Below, one piece after another: positions 26,865-35,038 of a stretch of 35,038 bases of DNA. Position 1 is the stretch's first letter, and the number at the start of each line of letters is the position of its first letter. Source of the DNA: Candidatus Micrarchaeota archaeon (GTDB lineage Archaea; Micrarchaeota; Micrarchaeia; Anstonellales; Bilamarchaeaceae); NCBI GenBank assembly GCA_040754495.1, contig JBFMCO010000065.1:1-35038 (forward strand), read 5' to 3'. A program made the position numbers and the translations under genes. A model generated the notes under the pieces. That model saw nothing but the letters and a program-made list of their open reading frames with translations, was not told the DNA's origin and did not search any database.

Positions 26865-26911
26865 GAAGTTTGATGAACCTTTAACCGGAGTTTATGCGGA
26901 GGAAAGGTTCA
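26865..26911 (+). repeat. 47-bp palindromic dispersed element, copy B (overlaps rpoP start)
   Basis: GAAGTTT-GAT-GAACCTTTA-N15-GAGGAAAGGTTCA(TG). Confidence 0.8.
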
Positions 26912-27042
26912 TGGGAGATTACAAGGACCCTAAGACCGGCGTATCGGTCGCAGTAGGGGAGAAATTCGCTTTCCCCACCACCGGGGCCAAGATACTGCTC
27001 AAGGCCAGGCCGCCGGTTGCCAAGGAAGTAAGCACGGATTAG
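26911..27042 (+). CDS. rpoP: DNA-directed RNA polymerase subunit P (Rpo12), cysteine-free variant; absent from the ORF track
   Basis: Hand translation MGDYKDPKTGVSVAVGEKFAFPTTGAKILLKARPPVAKEVSTD. KILLKARPP matches the Rpo12 C-terminal motif and the gene sits in the rpoP slot between rpl37ae and Brix. Confidence 0.85.
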   Translation: MGDYKDPKTGVSVAVGEKFAFPTTGAKILLKARPPVAKEVSTD

Positions 27043-27044
27043 GG

Positions 27045-27314
27045 ATGATAACCACCAGCAGGTACGCGTCTCCGGCCACACGGCTGCTTGCCAGGACGAT
27101 GGCTAGGAAAGCCGGGGAGCGCTATGTCGCGAGGGGCAAGAAGACGATAGCGCAGCTGGCGGATGAGGCCCGCAGGGCGGGCGACGATTCGATAAGCGTG
27201 GTTGAGGAGCGCGGGGGAAAGGCGGCAGTTCTCGCGCGGATAACCGTTGATGAGAGGGGCCGGTGGGCCTGGGCTGAGGAAAGGCTTTTGAACACAACGG
27301 AGAAAGAACAGTAG
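27045..27314 (+). CDS. short Brix-domain protein (Imp4-like)
   Basis: ITTSRYAS..TR.LAR...ARGKKTI and synteny in the exosome operon. Confidence 0.8.
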   Translation: MITTSRYASPATRLLARTMARKAGERYVARGKKTIAQLADEARRAGDDSISVVEERGGKAAVLARITVDERGRWAWAEERLLNTTEKEQ

Positions 27315-27321
27315 GTTTTCC

Positions 27322-27552
27322 ATGAAGGCCAGGTGCTCGATTGAGGTGCGGTTCCCGGACGGGAAACGCGCCGAAGCCGCCATGAAGGCGGTATCGCACG
27401 AAGGCGGTGTCGGAAGCCGCTCCGGGACGATTATCAGCCGTGAGGGCGGGATTCTCCGGATGGACGTGGATGCGGAAGACGTCGTGGCCATGAGGGCCGC
27501 GCTGAACGCGTACCTTCGCGCCCTGCAGGCCTTCGAGGCCATAGAGGATTGA
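27322..27552 (+). CDS. pcc1: KEOPS complex subunit Pcc1
   Basis: LRMDVDAEDVVAMRAALNAYLRAL, with conserved synteny. Confidence 0.88.
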   Translation: MKARCSIEVRFPDGKRAEAAMKAVSHEGGVGSRSGTIISREGGILRMDVDAEDVVAMRAALNAYLRALQAFEAIED

Positions 27553-27562
27553 GAGGTGCTTT

Positions 27563-27916
27563 ATGAAGAAGGAACAGGAGGACTTGAACAAGGAGCTCAT
27601 CGAATACGAGAACATGGAGAAACAGCTCGAGGTGCTGCTCATACAGAAGCACCAGCTCCAGATACAGCTGAACGAGGTAAAGCACGCTCTCGACGAGCTG
27701 AGGAAATCGAAGGGAGAGGTGTACCGCTCCGTAGGCTCAATACTGCTCCATACGACCAAGGAGGTAGCCGAGGCGGACCTGAAGGAGAGGAACGAACTCA
27801 TAGAGGTCAAGTTGAACGCCATCTCCAAGCAGGAGGAGAAGCTCCGCGCAACAGTGATGGACACCCAGAAGAAGCTCCAGGAGAGAATGAGAGGGTATGC
27901 CAAAGGAGGCCAGTGA
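27563..27916 (+). CDS. pfdB: prefoldin subunit beta
   Basis: Coiled coil - ALDEL..GEVYRSVGSILL - coiled coil. Confidence 0.93.
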   Translation: MKKEQEDLNKELIEYENMEKQLEVLLIQKHQLQIQLNEVKHALDELRKSKGEVYRSVGSILLHTTKEVAEADLKERNELIEVKLNAISKQEEKLRATVMDTQKKLQERMRGYAKGGQ

Positions 27917-28850
27917 ACTGTTCCTGGAGTTCCTCAAGAGGCATGATGGCAAAAAGATAGCCATCGCCACCCACAACAAGGCCGACCCCGACGCCATCTC
28001 TTCCGCATTCGCGCTGAGCAAAGCCATCCCCGGCAGCGTCATCTGTACCGACGAGGAGCCCAGCGAAGGCGCGAGGCTGCTGATAAAGCGGCTCGGCATC
28101 GAGACCAGGAAGCTTACGGGGCTCCCCAGGGACGGGTTCGAGGGCCTCGTAGTGGTCGACACGAGCGCTTACACGCTTATTCCTGCAGCCCGCGGCTGGA
28201 GAATCCTGTGCCTCATCGACCACCACCGCGGGGAAGGGCGCGACATGTCGGGCGAGCTGGAGATGATAGAGCCCGAGTCGCCGTCCGCGGCAGAGATAGT
28301 GGCCTCCATCCTGCCCGCGATAGACAAGGACTCGGCCTTCGCGCTTTGCGCAGGCATAATAGCCGACGGGGCACGGTTCAAGTCCGCCCGGGCGCGGACC
28401 TTCGAGGTTCTCGCATCCCTCATGAAGATTTCCGGGGCCAGTTACCCGGAGCTGCTATCCATTGCCGAGCCTGAGCCGAGGCCCGAGGCCAAAATCGCGA
28501 TGCTGAGCGCCATGAAAAGGCTGGAGTTCGTGTATGCCGCAGGATACCTGGTGGCGACGACCGAGGTCGGGAGCAACGAGAGCGACGCGGCTTCCCTGAT
28601 ATCCGAGGCCGCGGACGTGGCCTTCGTGGCCAAGTGGAAGGATGCCGAGAAGGAGACGCGCATTTCCGCAAGGGCGCGAAAGAGCGTGGCGGTTCCGCTG
28701 AACAAGGTGCTGGCAGAGGTGGGCAAAAGCCTCGGCGGGGCAGGCGGGGGCCACCCCAAGGCCGCGGGAGCCGCACTCAAGGCTCATACGGACGAAGCGC
28801 TCAAGAGATGCGTGGAGACATTCATCAGCATGGCCGAAGGCCAGGCATAA
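27897..28850 (+). CDS. DHH/DHHA1 family phosphoesterase (NrnA-like)
   Basis: THNKADPDAISS, VVVDT, LIDHH and GGGHPKAAG. Confidence 0.92.
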   Translation: MPKEASELFLEFLKRHDGKKIAIATHNKADPDAISSAFALSKAIPGSVICTDEEPSEGARLLIKRLGIETRKLTGLPRDGFEGLVVVDTSAYTLIPAARGWRILCLIDHHRGEGRDMSGELEMIEPESPSAAEIVASILPAIDKDSAFALCAGIIADGARFKSARARTFEVLASLMKISGASYPELLSIAEPEPRPEAKIAMLSAMKRLEFVYAAGYLVATTEVGSNESDAASLISEAADVAFVAKWKDAEKETRISARARKSVAVPLNKVLAEVGKSLGGAGGGHPKAAGAALKAHTDEALKRCVETFISMAEGQA

Positions 28851-28856
28851 AACCAT

Positions 28857-30113
28857 TCATGCTATTGTCTGGTCTCTCTTGGGGCCGACCGACACTATTT
28901 TCGCCTTCACTGAGAGGGCGTTCTCCAGGAATGCCACGTATTTCCTCGCATTGGGAGGAAGGTCTGCCCTTTTCCTGCACCCGGATATGTCTTCCTCCCA
29001 GCCCGGAAGCGTTTCGTATACCGGCCTTGCGCATGCGAGCCGCTCGGGCGTGATTGGGAACTCGTTTGTCTTCCTGCCGTCTATCTCGTATGCCGTGCAT
29101 ACCTTCAGCCCGCTCAGGCCGCAAAGGACGTCGAGCTTTGTCAGCGCCAGCTCGGTGGCTCCGTTCAGCATGCAGGTGTAGCGCAGGATTACGAGGTCGA
29201 GCCATCCGCACCTGCGCGGCCTTCCGGTGGTGGTGCCGAACTCATGGCCGACTTTCCGTATGCGCTCGCCTGTCTCGTCCTTCAGCTCGGTCGGGAACGG
29301 CCCTTCCCCAACGCGGGTCGTGTAGGCCTTTACTATGCCTATCACCCTCCCTATGCCCTGCGGCGGAATGCCCGTCCCTGTGCACGCCGCGCCGGAGGTC
29401 GTGTTCGAGGACGTGACGTAGGGGAAGGTGCCGTGGTCTATGTCGAGAAGGGAGCCCTGCGCGCCCTCGAGAAGTATCTTCCGGCTCGGCGCCTTCGCAA
29501 GCAGGAACTGGGTGTCGGCGATGTGCGGGCGCACCTTCTTGGCCTTTGCCATCACGTCGTCCGATATGGCGGAGGCATCGATGGATGGCAGGCCGATGGC
29601 CGGGAATATCCTGTTCTTGTGGGCTGCTATCGCCCCTATCTTCTTCCGCAGGGCGGCCTCATCGAGCAGCAGGTCGCAGGCGCGCAGGGCGAGCGTGCGG
29701 GAAGCCTTGTCGGAATACGCCGGCCCGATGCCTTTTCTTGTCGTCCCTATCTTCCCGGACGACTCCAGGGCGCCGTCCATGGCGATGTGCCAGGGGAGTA
29801 TTATGTGCGCGGCGGAGCTCAAGACGAGGTTCTTCATGTGGTATCCGCGGCCCTCGGCCTCCTCCATCTCCTTGACGAGGGTGGCGAGGTTAACGACAAC
29901 GCCGTTCCCTATGACCTTGTATTTCTCAGGATAGAAAACGCCTGACGGGACCAGGTGAAGCTTGAACTCCTCGTTTCCCTTCATCACGGTGTGGCCGGCG
30001 TTGTCCCCGCCATTGAACCGCACGATGTAGTCGTAATCCCCAGCGAGCATGTCTACTATCTTGCCTTTGCCTTCGTCCCCCCACTGAAGGCCGAGGATGA
30101 GAGTGGCTGCCAT
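28857..30113 (-). CDS. purA: adenylosuccinate synthetase
   Basis: GLQWGDEGKGK, GGDNAGHT, EGAQGSLLDIDHGTFPYVTSS and GTTTGRPRRCGWLD. Confidence 0.98.
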   Translation of the reverse strand: MAATLILGLQWGDEGKGKIVDMLAGDYDYIVRFNGGDNAGHTVMKGNEEFKLHLVPSGVFYPEKYKVIGNGVVVNLATLVKEMEEAEGRGYHMKNLVLSSAAHIILPWHIAMDGALESSGKIGTTRKGIGPAYSDKASRTLALRACDLLLDEAALRKKIGAIAAHKNRIFPAIGLPSIDASAISDDVMAKAKKVRPHIADTQFLLAKAPSRKILLEGAQGSLLDIDHGTFPYVTSSNTTSGAACTGTGIPPQGIGRVIGIVKAYTTRVGEGPFPTELKDETGERIRKVGHEFGTTTGRPRRCGWLDLVILRYTCMLNGATELALTKLDVLCGLSGLKVCTAYEIDGRKTNEFPITPERLACARPVYETLPGWEEDISGCRKRADLPPNARKYVAFLENALSVKAKIVSVGPKRDQTIA

Positions 30114-30146
30114 AATCCGATTGGAAAGGAAGGGAATAAAAAAAGC

Positions 30147-30542
30147 TCAGGATTTGAGTGCTTTGAGCGCGGCATGGTTGTCCGAGGCGCCGAGAAGCAC
30201 GTACGACATGGTTGGCGTCATTGCCACCGAGAACGCGTATATGAGGTTCACGCCCTTGTCCGCGATTTTCTTCGCCGCATCAGCCATGGTCCCGGGCTTG
30301 TTCTCAAGGCGTATGATTATGACTTCCTTGTCCTGCGCCTCAACGCCGAGAGCCTTAAGTTTCGTCCTTGCCTTCTGCAGGTCGGAGTTCTCTATTATCA
30401 GATGCGCATTTATGCCGCGGTCCTCGGGTGGCATGATAAGGACTTTCACGCCTGCCTTTTCGAGCTCCTTGGCGACCCTGGACACTTCCTTGAAGTTCGG
30501 TTTTTCCAAAAACAGCTCTGTAACGATGCGGTCTTCATCCAT
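30147..30542 (-). CDS. ACT domain-containing protein
   Basis: IRLENKPGTMADAAKKIADKGVNLIYAF. Start set at ATG 30542 with AGGTGA upstream. Confidence 0.85.
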   Translation of the reverse strand: MDEDRIVTELFLEKPNFKEVSRVAKELEKAGVKVLIMPPEDRGINAHLIIENSDLQKARTKLKALGVEAQDKEVIIIRLENKPGTMADAAKKIADKGVNLIYAFSVAMTPTMSYVLLGASDNHAALKALKS

Positions 30543-30716
30543 CAGATCACCTGCCAAGATATCCAATGGGTAACGTATTAAAATTAGCGGTTTGGGCAGG
30601 ACAGATAGGTTTTTTTGCCTGATCCTCCATTCATGGGAGTGTCAAAAGCCGGGCCCGCCAAGCTTGCTCATTCATCCCCCAAAAAGAATGAGAGTTTCCG
30701 GGCCCTGCTGGCAAAA

Positions 30717-30902
30717 TCAGCCGCCGATGCGGATGCCCTGCGCCTTCCCGACCTCTTCCGTGAGGCCGGCCCTGTGCATGGGGCAGCGGGTGAAGACCTG
30801 CTTCTGGGGGCGGGATATCTCCGCCCTGGACCAGCCGAGCTGGATGAGCCGCTCGACTTGGCCAGTGCAACTGGCCTTGCACTTGTCGCACTTGACCTTC
30901 AT
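30717..30902 (-). CDS. small putative zinc-binding protein (61 aa, CxxC...CxxH)
   Basis: MKVKCDKCK...TRCPMH, with a strong AAGGAGG five nt upstream of ATG 30902. Confidence 0.7.
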   Translation of the reverse strand: MKVKCDKCKASCTGQVERLIQLGWSRAEISRPQKQVFTRCPMHRAGLTEEVGKAQGIRIGG

Positions 30903-31203
30903 GATTTGCCTCCTTAATGAATTTGCATTTATATAGTGTTTGAACGTGTTATTAAAGCGATAATGCGGGATTGAACGCTGCCGCAATCGCATTTCCAGCA
31001 GATTATAGTCGGATTTCGTTACTTTTTGCGGCGTATGGAACCAATACGGCCAGCCACGCCAGGAGGCTCCCTGACATTGCCCCGGTTACATGGATTTCGT
31101 CCGGTATGCGGGGGATTGCGAGGTTTCCTATATCTCCCCATCTGCCGATTTGGGAGCAAACACGATGCGGGCGCACTATTCTTTGTTGCAGTCGTGCCCA
31201 TAG

Positions 31204-34200
31204 TCACTCGACAACTGGCACTCCCGAATCCCCCGCGATTTTCCTCAAAGCGGCTTCGATTTCCCCCGTCTCGACCTCTCCCAGATATTTCTTCATCTTT
31301 TCAAGGTATTTTCTTGTCAGCTCCAGCCTCCTTTCCCGGCCCAGATAAAGGAAGTCCTTGACGGCACCCCCCTCTTCATCGGGAAAACGCCTGATGGCCT
31401 CTCCCGTTCTGGCCGCCTCACGCGTCGCTTCGCGCGCAAGAGCCAATAGTCTTTCCGGCTTGGTCTTCAGATAAGAACCGAGCATGACGCTATCGACACG
31501 GCCCTCGAAATCCGCATAACAGTCTTTCAGGAATTTAGTCCGGTCTCCGATTTTGGCCGGGTCGTCCAGCCTCTTGGGAAGGTCGATTATCGCAAGATGC
31601 CCTTCCGGCCTGGAAGCCCCGTTTATTTCGGACTCCGCGTCCGTAATCTTTATCTCTATATCGCCCGGATTGTAGCCCTCATCCAGCAAGGTTTTCATGA
31701 ATTCCTTCACCTTGGCCAGCTTTTCAGGCGTCATATGCTTCTTCAGGACTTCAGCGGTGATGAGCTTCGGCTCGACGACGCTTCCGGGGACGTAATCCAT
31801 CGCATATCCAATATTGCCGTCAACGTTTACGATGCCGTAGACCCTTGGCGCATGGTCCCGGAAGCCAGGGTATTTGCCCATCGAATCGATGGCCGCGTAC
31901 TCGGCAAGGACCGCCTCGATTGGAGTTTTTGATGTTTTCGAGACATCTTTGAAAATCTTCACCGCCACAGTTTTCGGGTTTCCATCGATAATGACTTCAG
32001 CCCGATAAACACGGCCAGAGCTTCCCATCTCGCGCCCGCCAGCATCAAGGTCTATCGCTTCCAGCAGGCGGGCCCGCGGGGCGTCCTCAAAAAATCCTTC
32101 CGTAGTCATTCCGGATCCGGACAGGGGTACTTTTCTTTTGTAGATGTCGGCTCCGACGCCCTTGAAAGCCCCTGCATCGGCTGATGATAGCGGCACCGCG
32201 TGCGGCCTGAGCGCTGCGTCTTCGAAATAGGCGATGGCTGCATCGCGCCGGATGCCTTTACCTACAAGGGACTCCACTTCCGCGACGAGTCTCGCTTCTT
32301 CAAGGCTTAGCGGTTCTCCCTTTTCACGCTTCTCATATATCGCATCGATTCTCCTCTTCAGCGAAGCTTCTGGAGGTTTCGGCGGAACCGCTACCGCAAT
32401 CTTTTCCGCCCCCGCAGCAGCAGCGGCGAATTCGTTCTCTATCTTAGGTACATAATCCCTCGCGATCGTAACGAGGTCGAATTTCATGAAAACAGTCGTG
32501 GCGGTTTTGAACCGCTTCTTTCCTTTCGCATCCAAGACCATGTCCTTGATGATTTTCGCTACGGGCGTGTCGCCGAGGCCGGCGAGCCTCTTTTCCGCAT
32601 CCGCCTCGTTTCTCAGAAGCCCCCGCACGAAGTCTGCGAGTTTCTCGGGATTGCCGAGCTCTTTCGTCCCTGATGAATATTTTTCCAAAACGCCTGCAGC
32701 GAATTCTTCATGCTTCCCTCCGATTTCCAGTTTTGGACCCGGAGGTTCGGGCGGGCGCATCCCCGGTGGACCGGAAACGCCGGAAGGAGGGTGGCCGGAG
32801 GGTGCCGCGGGAGGTTTGCCCGCCTCCGCTTCGTATTTGGAAATGGCCGATTCAGCGAACTTTTCGTGCTTGAGCTCTATCGTCCTGTATGGAGGAATGT
32901 CCATAGCGACAGCGAAATTGCCATCGACGTTCACAAAGCCGTAGAAATTGGGGCCGCGCCCCTCTTTTGCGAACAATCCCAGCGAGTGGGATTTCAATTC
33001 ATCGGCTTTTTTCAGGGCATCCGCAAATGCCATGTCCCAGCTTCCGCCTTCGCCGGGTTTGGGGGAGATGATCACTATGACTTCTTTCGGTTTTCCATCC
33101 ACCATTATTTCGGCAAGATAGTGGCCTCCTGTCGTGGTGTGTTCCCCCGCCTCGAAGCGAACTCCCGCGGCTGCCGCAACCTCTCCGGCTGGTCCGGTCG
33201 ATGGAATATCGAGCCTCTTTATCAGCCTCGCCCGCGGGGCGTCCTTGAGGGGTGCTTCTTTAAGAGTGGCAATGCCGAGAGGGTTAAGCTTCTCCAATAG
33301 CGGAACTTTCCGCGCGTAATAGTCCACAGGCATTCCTGTAAAGGCATCATCCAGAGCGGCTGCATGGGGCCGCAAGATAGCATCTGCCGCGTAAGTGAGG
33401 GCTTCCGCGCTCGTCATTCCCCGTTCGTATTCCAGCTTTTCTGCAAGTCCGGCCTCCGGTTTAGGACGAGCTACTTCCGGAGTGATTTCGAAATGTTCCG
33501 GCGGCGCCGGGTAATAGCGCAATGATTCTATGTGCGAGGCTATCTCGTGAAGGCTCCTTCCTTCAACTATCATGCGGATCGCTTCGACGCCCTCTGCCCC
33601 ATGAAGTGCTCCCCTGCTGCTTTCCAATTTTTTGTAGGCGCCCAGATGCTCCGGGTCCAGCCGGCCTTTGAGCCGTAAATGCTCTTCCTCGAGCCTGGCA
33701 TGGCTTGCATGCTCCAGCTCTTCCGCAGATATCCCGAAAAGCACCTTGCTCGTGAACCTGTGCACAACTTTTCCCGCCCTGCTTCTGGGGCTCATCCTAG
33801 CGACATAGCGGGCACCGCCCATATGCAGAAACGGCCATGCGGACATGAGGCCCTCGAAAGCGACGGTGCCTGCACCCTCCCCGCTCTCTATCGCATGGCT
33901 TATGGCAAGGCCGCCGCTGACGGCGCCATACCCGAGAAGGCCCATATTAACAGTATCTACCCCGTACTTCAGCGCCTTCAATCCTGCCGATTTCGCCACC
34001 GCAGATTCTCCTGCGGCAAGCAGCTTCATCGAACCAAGATCAGAAAGAACACCAAGGGCATCGGCGGCGATGTTTATGACCATCATCGTCCTTTCGCTTT
34101 CGGGTATGTAGTCCCAGGCACCGTAAGTAACCATCGCCTCGGATGTCTCTACGATGCTTCTCGACAAATAGACTCCGGAAACGACCGCAGTCATGCCCGT

Positions 34201-34890
34201 CGGTATCGCGGCTATGTTTATGACGATATCAAGACCGTGCTTTATGTTCGCGGCGACCTTGTCCCATTCCCTCGCCTCCGACGCGAACATCTCCACCTCG
34301 CTGATCATCAGATTCTTACGGGCTTCGATTCTCGCTGCGGTCATGGAGGCCGGCTCCGTCCTCACCATCTCGTAGCCTGCGGACCGGTCCGCGGCATCCC
34401 GGACTATTGAACCGGAATCGGCCGCAATCGCGCTGGCGCCGCCCTTCACCGCCTCCACGCCCAAACGGCGCTCATCAAGGCTCAGGATGCTTTTCGGCCC
34501 CGCAAGCTCCTCGAGGCAGCCCGTCGCGGCAGCAAGGCTTCCGTACGCATCAACGAGGGCATCTTTATCTTCCGAAGACAGCCCGAGTGCCCTCCATTTG
34601 CCGCCGCTGTCTTTGCCCACATCGAGCATAAAGCCCATGAGCGCCTCGGCCCTTCCAATGGCCGCCACCTTCGCCCCTTCGACCAGGAATGGATATTTTT
34701 CCGCCGCTTCCTCCTCTAGCGCAGCCGGTGCTCCTGCCGCTATGCCCACGATGAGCTCGTCAAGTGCGGCCATCCTTCCTTCCGGAGCCGAAATCGATCT
34801 CGGCGTCATGTACTCTCCGGTATATGCCAGGTCATATCTTGGCACCGGAGGAAGCTTTACCAGGGCGCCCTTCGTTATCGTATCTGACAA
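31204..34890 (-). CDS. large protein with hydrophobic N-terminal region, degenerate kinase-like repeat and C-terminal protein-kinase-like domain; 5' end uncertain
   Basis: MGSSGRVYRA, VAVKIF, EYAAI, VYGIV...YAMDYVPG, PGDIEI and IIDLP, plus an internal duplication of the LRPHA...DAPRARL...NVDGN module. Confidence 0.8.
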   Translation of the reverse strand: MSDTITKGALVKLPPVPRYDLAYTGEYMTPRSISAPEGRMAALDELIVGIAAGAPAALEEEAAEKYPFLVEGAKVAAIGRAEALMGFMLDVGKDSGGKWRALGLSSEDKDALVDAYGSLAAATGCLEELAGPKSILSLDERRLGVEAVKGGASAIAADSGSIVRDAADRSAGYEMVRTEPASMTAARIEARKNLMISEVEMFASEAREWDKVAANIKHGLDIVINIAAIPTGMTAVVSGVYLSRSIVETSEAMVTYGAWDYIPESERTMMVINIAADALGVLSDLGSMKLLAAGESAVAKSAGLKALKYGVDTVNMGLLGYGAVSGGLAISHAIESGEGAGTVAFEGLMSAWPFLHMGGARYVARMSPRSRAGKVVHRFTSKVLFGISAEELEHASHARLEEEHLRLKGRLDPEHLGAYKKLESSRGALHGAEGVEAIRMIVEGRSLHEIASHIESLRYYPAPPEHFEITPEVARPKPEAGLAEKLEYERGMTSAEALTYAADAILRPHAAALDDAFTGMPVDYYARKVPLLEKLNPLGIATLKEAPLKDAPRARLIKRLDIPSTGPAGEVAAAAGVRFEAGEHTTTGGHYLAEIMVDGKPKEVIVIISPKPGEGGSWDMAFADALKKADELKSHSLGLFAKEGRGPNFYGFVNVDGNFAVAMDIPPYRTIELKHEKFAESAISKYEAEAGKPPAAPSGHPPSGVSGPPGMRPPEPPGPKLEIGGKHEEFAAGVLEKYSSGTKELGNPEKLADFVRGLLRNEADAEKRLAGLGDTPVAKIIKDMVLDAKGKKRFKTATTVFMKFDLVTIARDYVPKIENEFAAAAAGAEKIAVAVPPKPPEASLKRRIDAIYEKREKGEPLSLEEARLVAEVESLVGKGIRRDAAIAYFEDAALRPHAVPLSSADAGAFKGVGADIYKRKVPLSGSGMTTEGFFEDAPRARLLEAIDLDAGGREMGSSGRVYRAEVIIDGNPKTVAVKIFKDVSKTSKTPIEAVLAEYAAIDSMGKYPGFRDHAPRVYGIVNVDGNIGYAMDYVPGSVVEPKLITAEVLKKHMTPEKLAKVKEFMKTLLDEGYNPGDIEIKITDAESEINGASRPEGHLAIIDLPKRLDDPAKIGDRTKFLKDCYADFEGRVDSVMLGSYLKTKPERLLALAREATREAARTGEAIRRFPDEEGGAVKDFLYLGRERRLELTRKYLEKMKKYLGEVETGEIEAALRKIAGDSGVPVVE

Positions 34891-35038
34891 ATCGTATTCC
34901 AGCCCGCCTTTTGATAGTCAGGGACATAAATAGGCGAACATTTTGGGCATCACGAAACCCTTCTTGACAAAGTTGCGGATAGACTGCTGGACCGCATGTA
35001 TGTTCCGATAATACCTATTCCACAGTGGCTTCTTGATC

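Noticed and set aside
26523-26911. C/D-box sRNA or CRISPR interpretation of the 47-bp element (TGATGA present in copies A and B)
   Set aside because: No CTGA D box at a suitable position and copy C lacks TGATGA. The copies are not regularly spaced with spacers, and there are no cas genes.
31019-31207. 62-aa ORF overlapping the kinase stop (candidate immunity gene)
   Set aside because: Low-information R/P/G/N-rich sequence with no motif or clear SD. It cannot be supported without homologs.
1-35038. tRNA, rRNA, integrase or transposase genes
   Set aside because: No T-loop/cloverleaf pattern in the intergenic gaps and no recombinase or DDE motifs recognised by eye. tRNAscan-SE and an IS search would be needed to exclude them fully.

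Overview
This is a GC-rich archaeal chromosomal window. It is probably DPANN, and the gene order and protein style suggest Micrarchaeota, which is my inference rather than a computed result. The core content is nac, rps3ae, rps15, a HAM1/RdgB pyrophosphatase, signal peptidase I, rpoL, csl4, DUF373, lonB, PmbA, a 2H phosphoesterase, an EamA transporter, DsbA, purA and an ACT protein. It also holds the exosome superoperon: SBDS, rrp4, rrp41, rrp42, rpl37ae, rpoP, Brix, pcc1, pfdB and a DHH phosphoesterase. Accessory content includes a 7-kb island with three paralogs of an unknown family, two HAD paralogs and a probably frameshifted ~616-aa gene. There are also three FwdC/GXGXG-like paralogs sharing an N-terminal K(K/R)FGRY motif, and an HExxH protease plus small partner inserted into the exosome operon. 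A 1228-aa protein carries a duplicated pseudokinase/kinase module. The best signals not explained by the ORF track are three copies of a 47-bp palindromic element with compensatory base changes beside rpl37ae, rpoP and rps3ae, an uncalled 43-aa RpoP lacking all four zinc cysteines, and dispersed 7-bp tandem repeats. I found no tRNA, rRNA, CRISPR array or transposase. All family calls are by motif recognition, with no database search.
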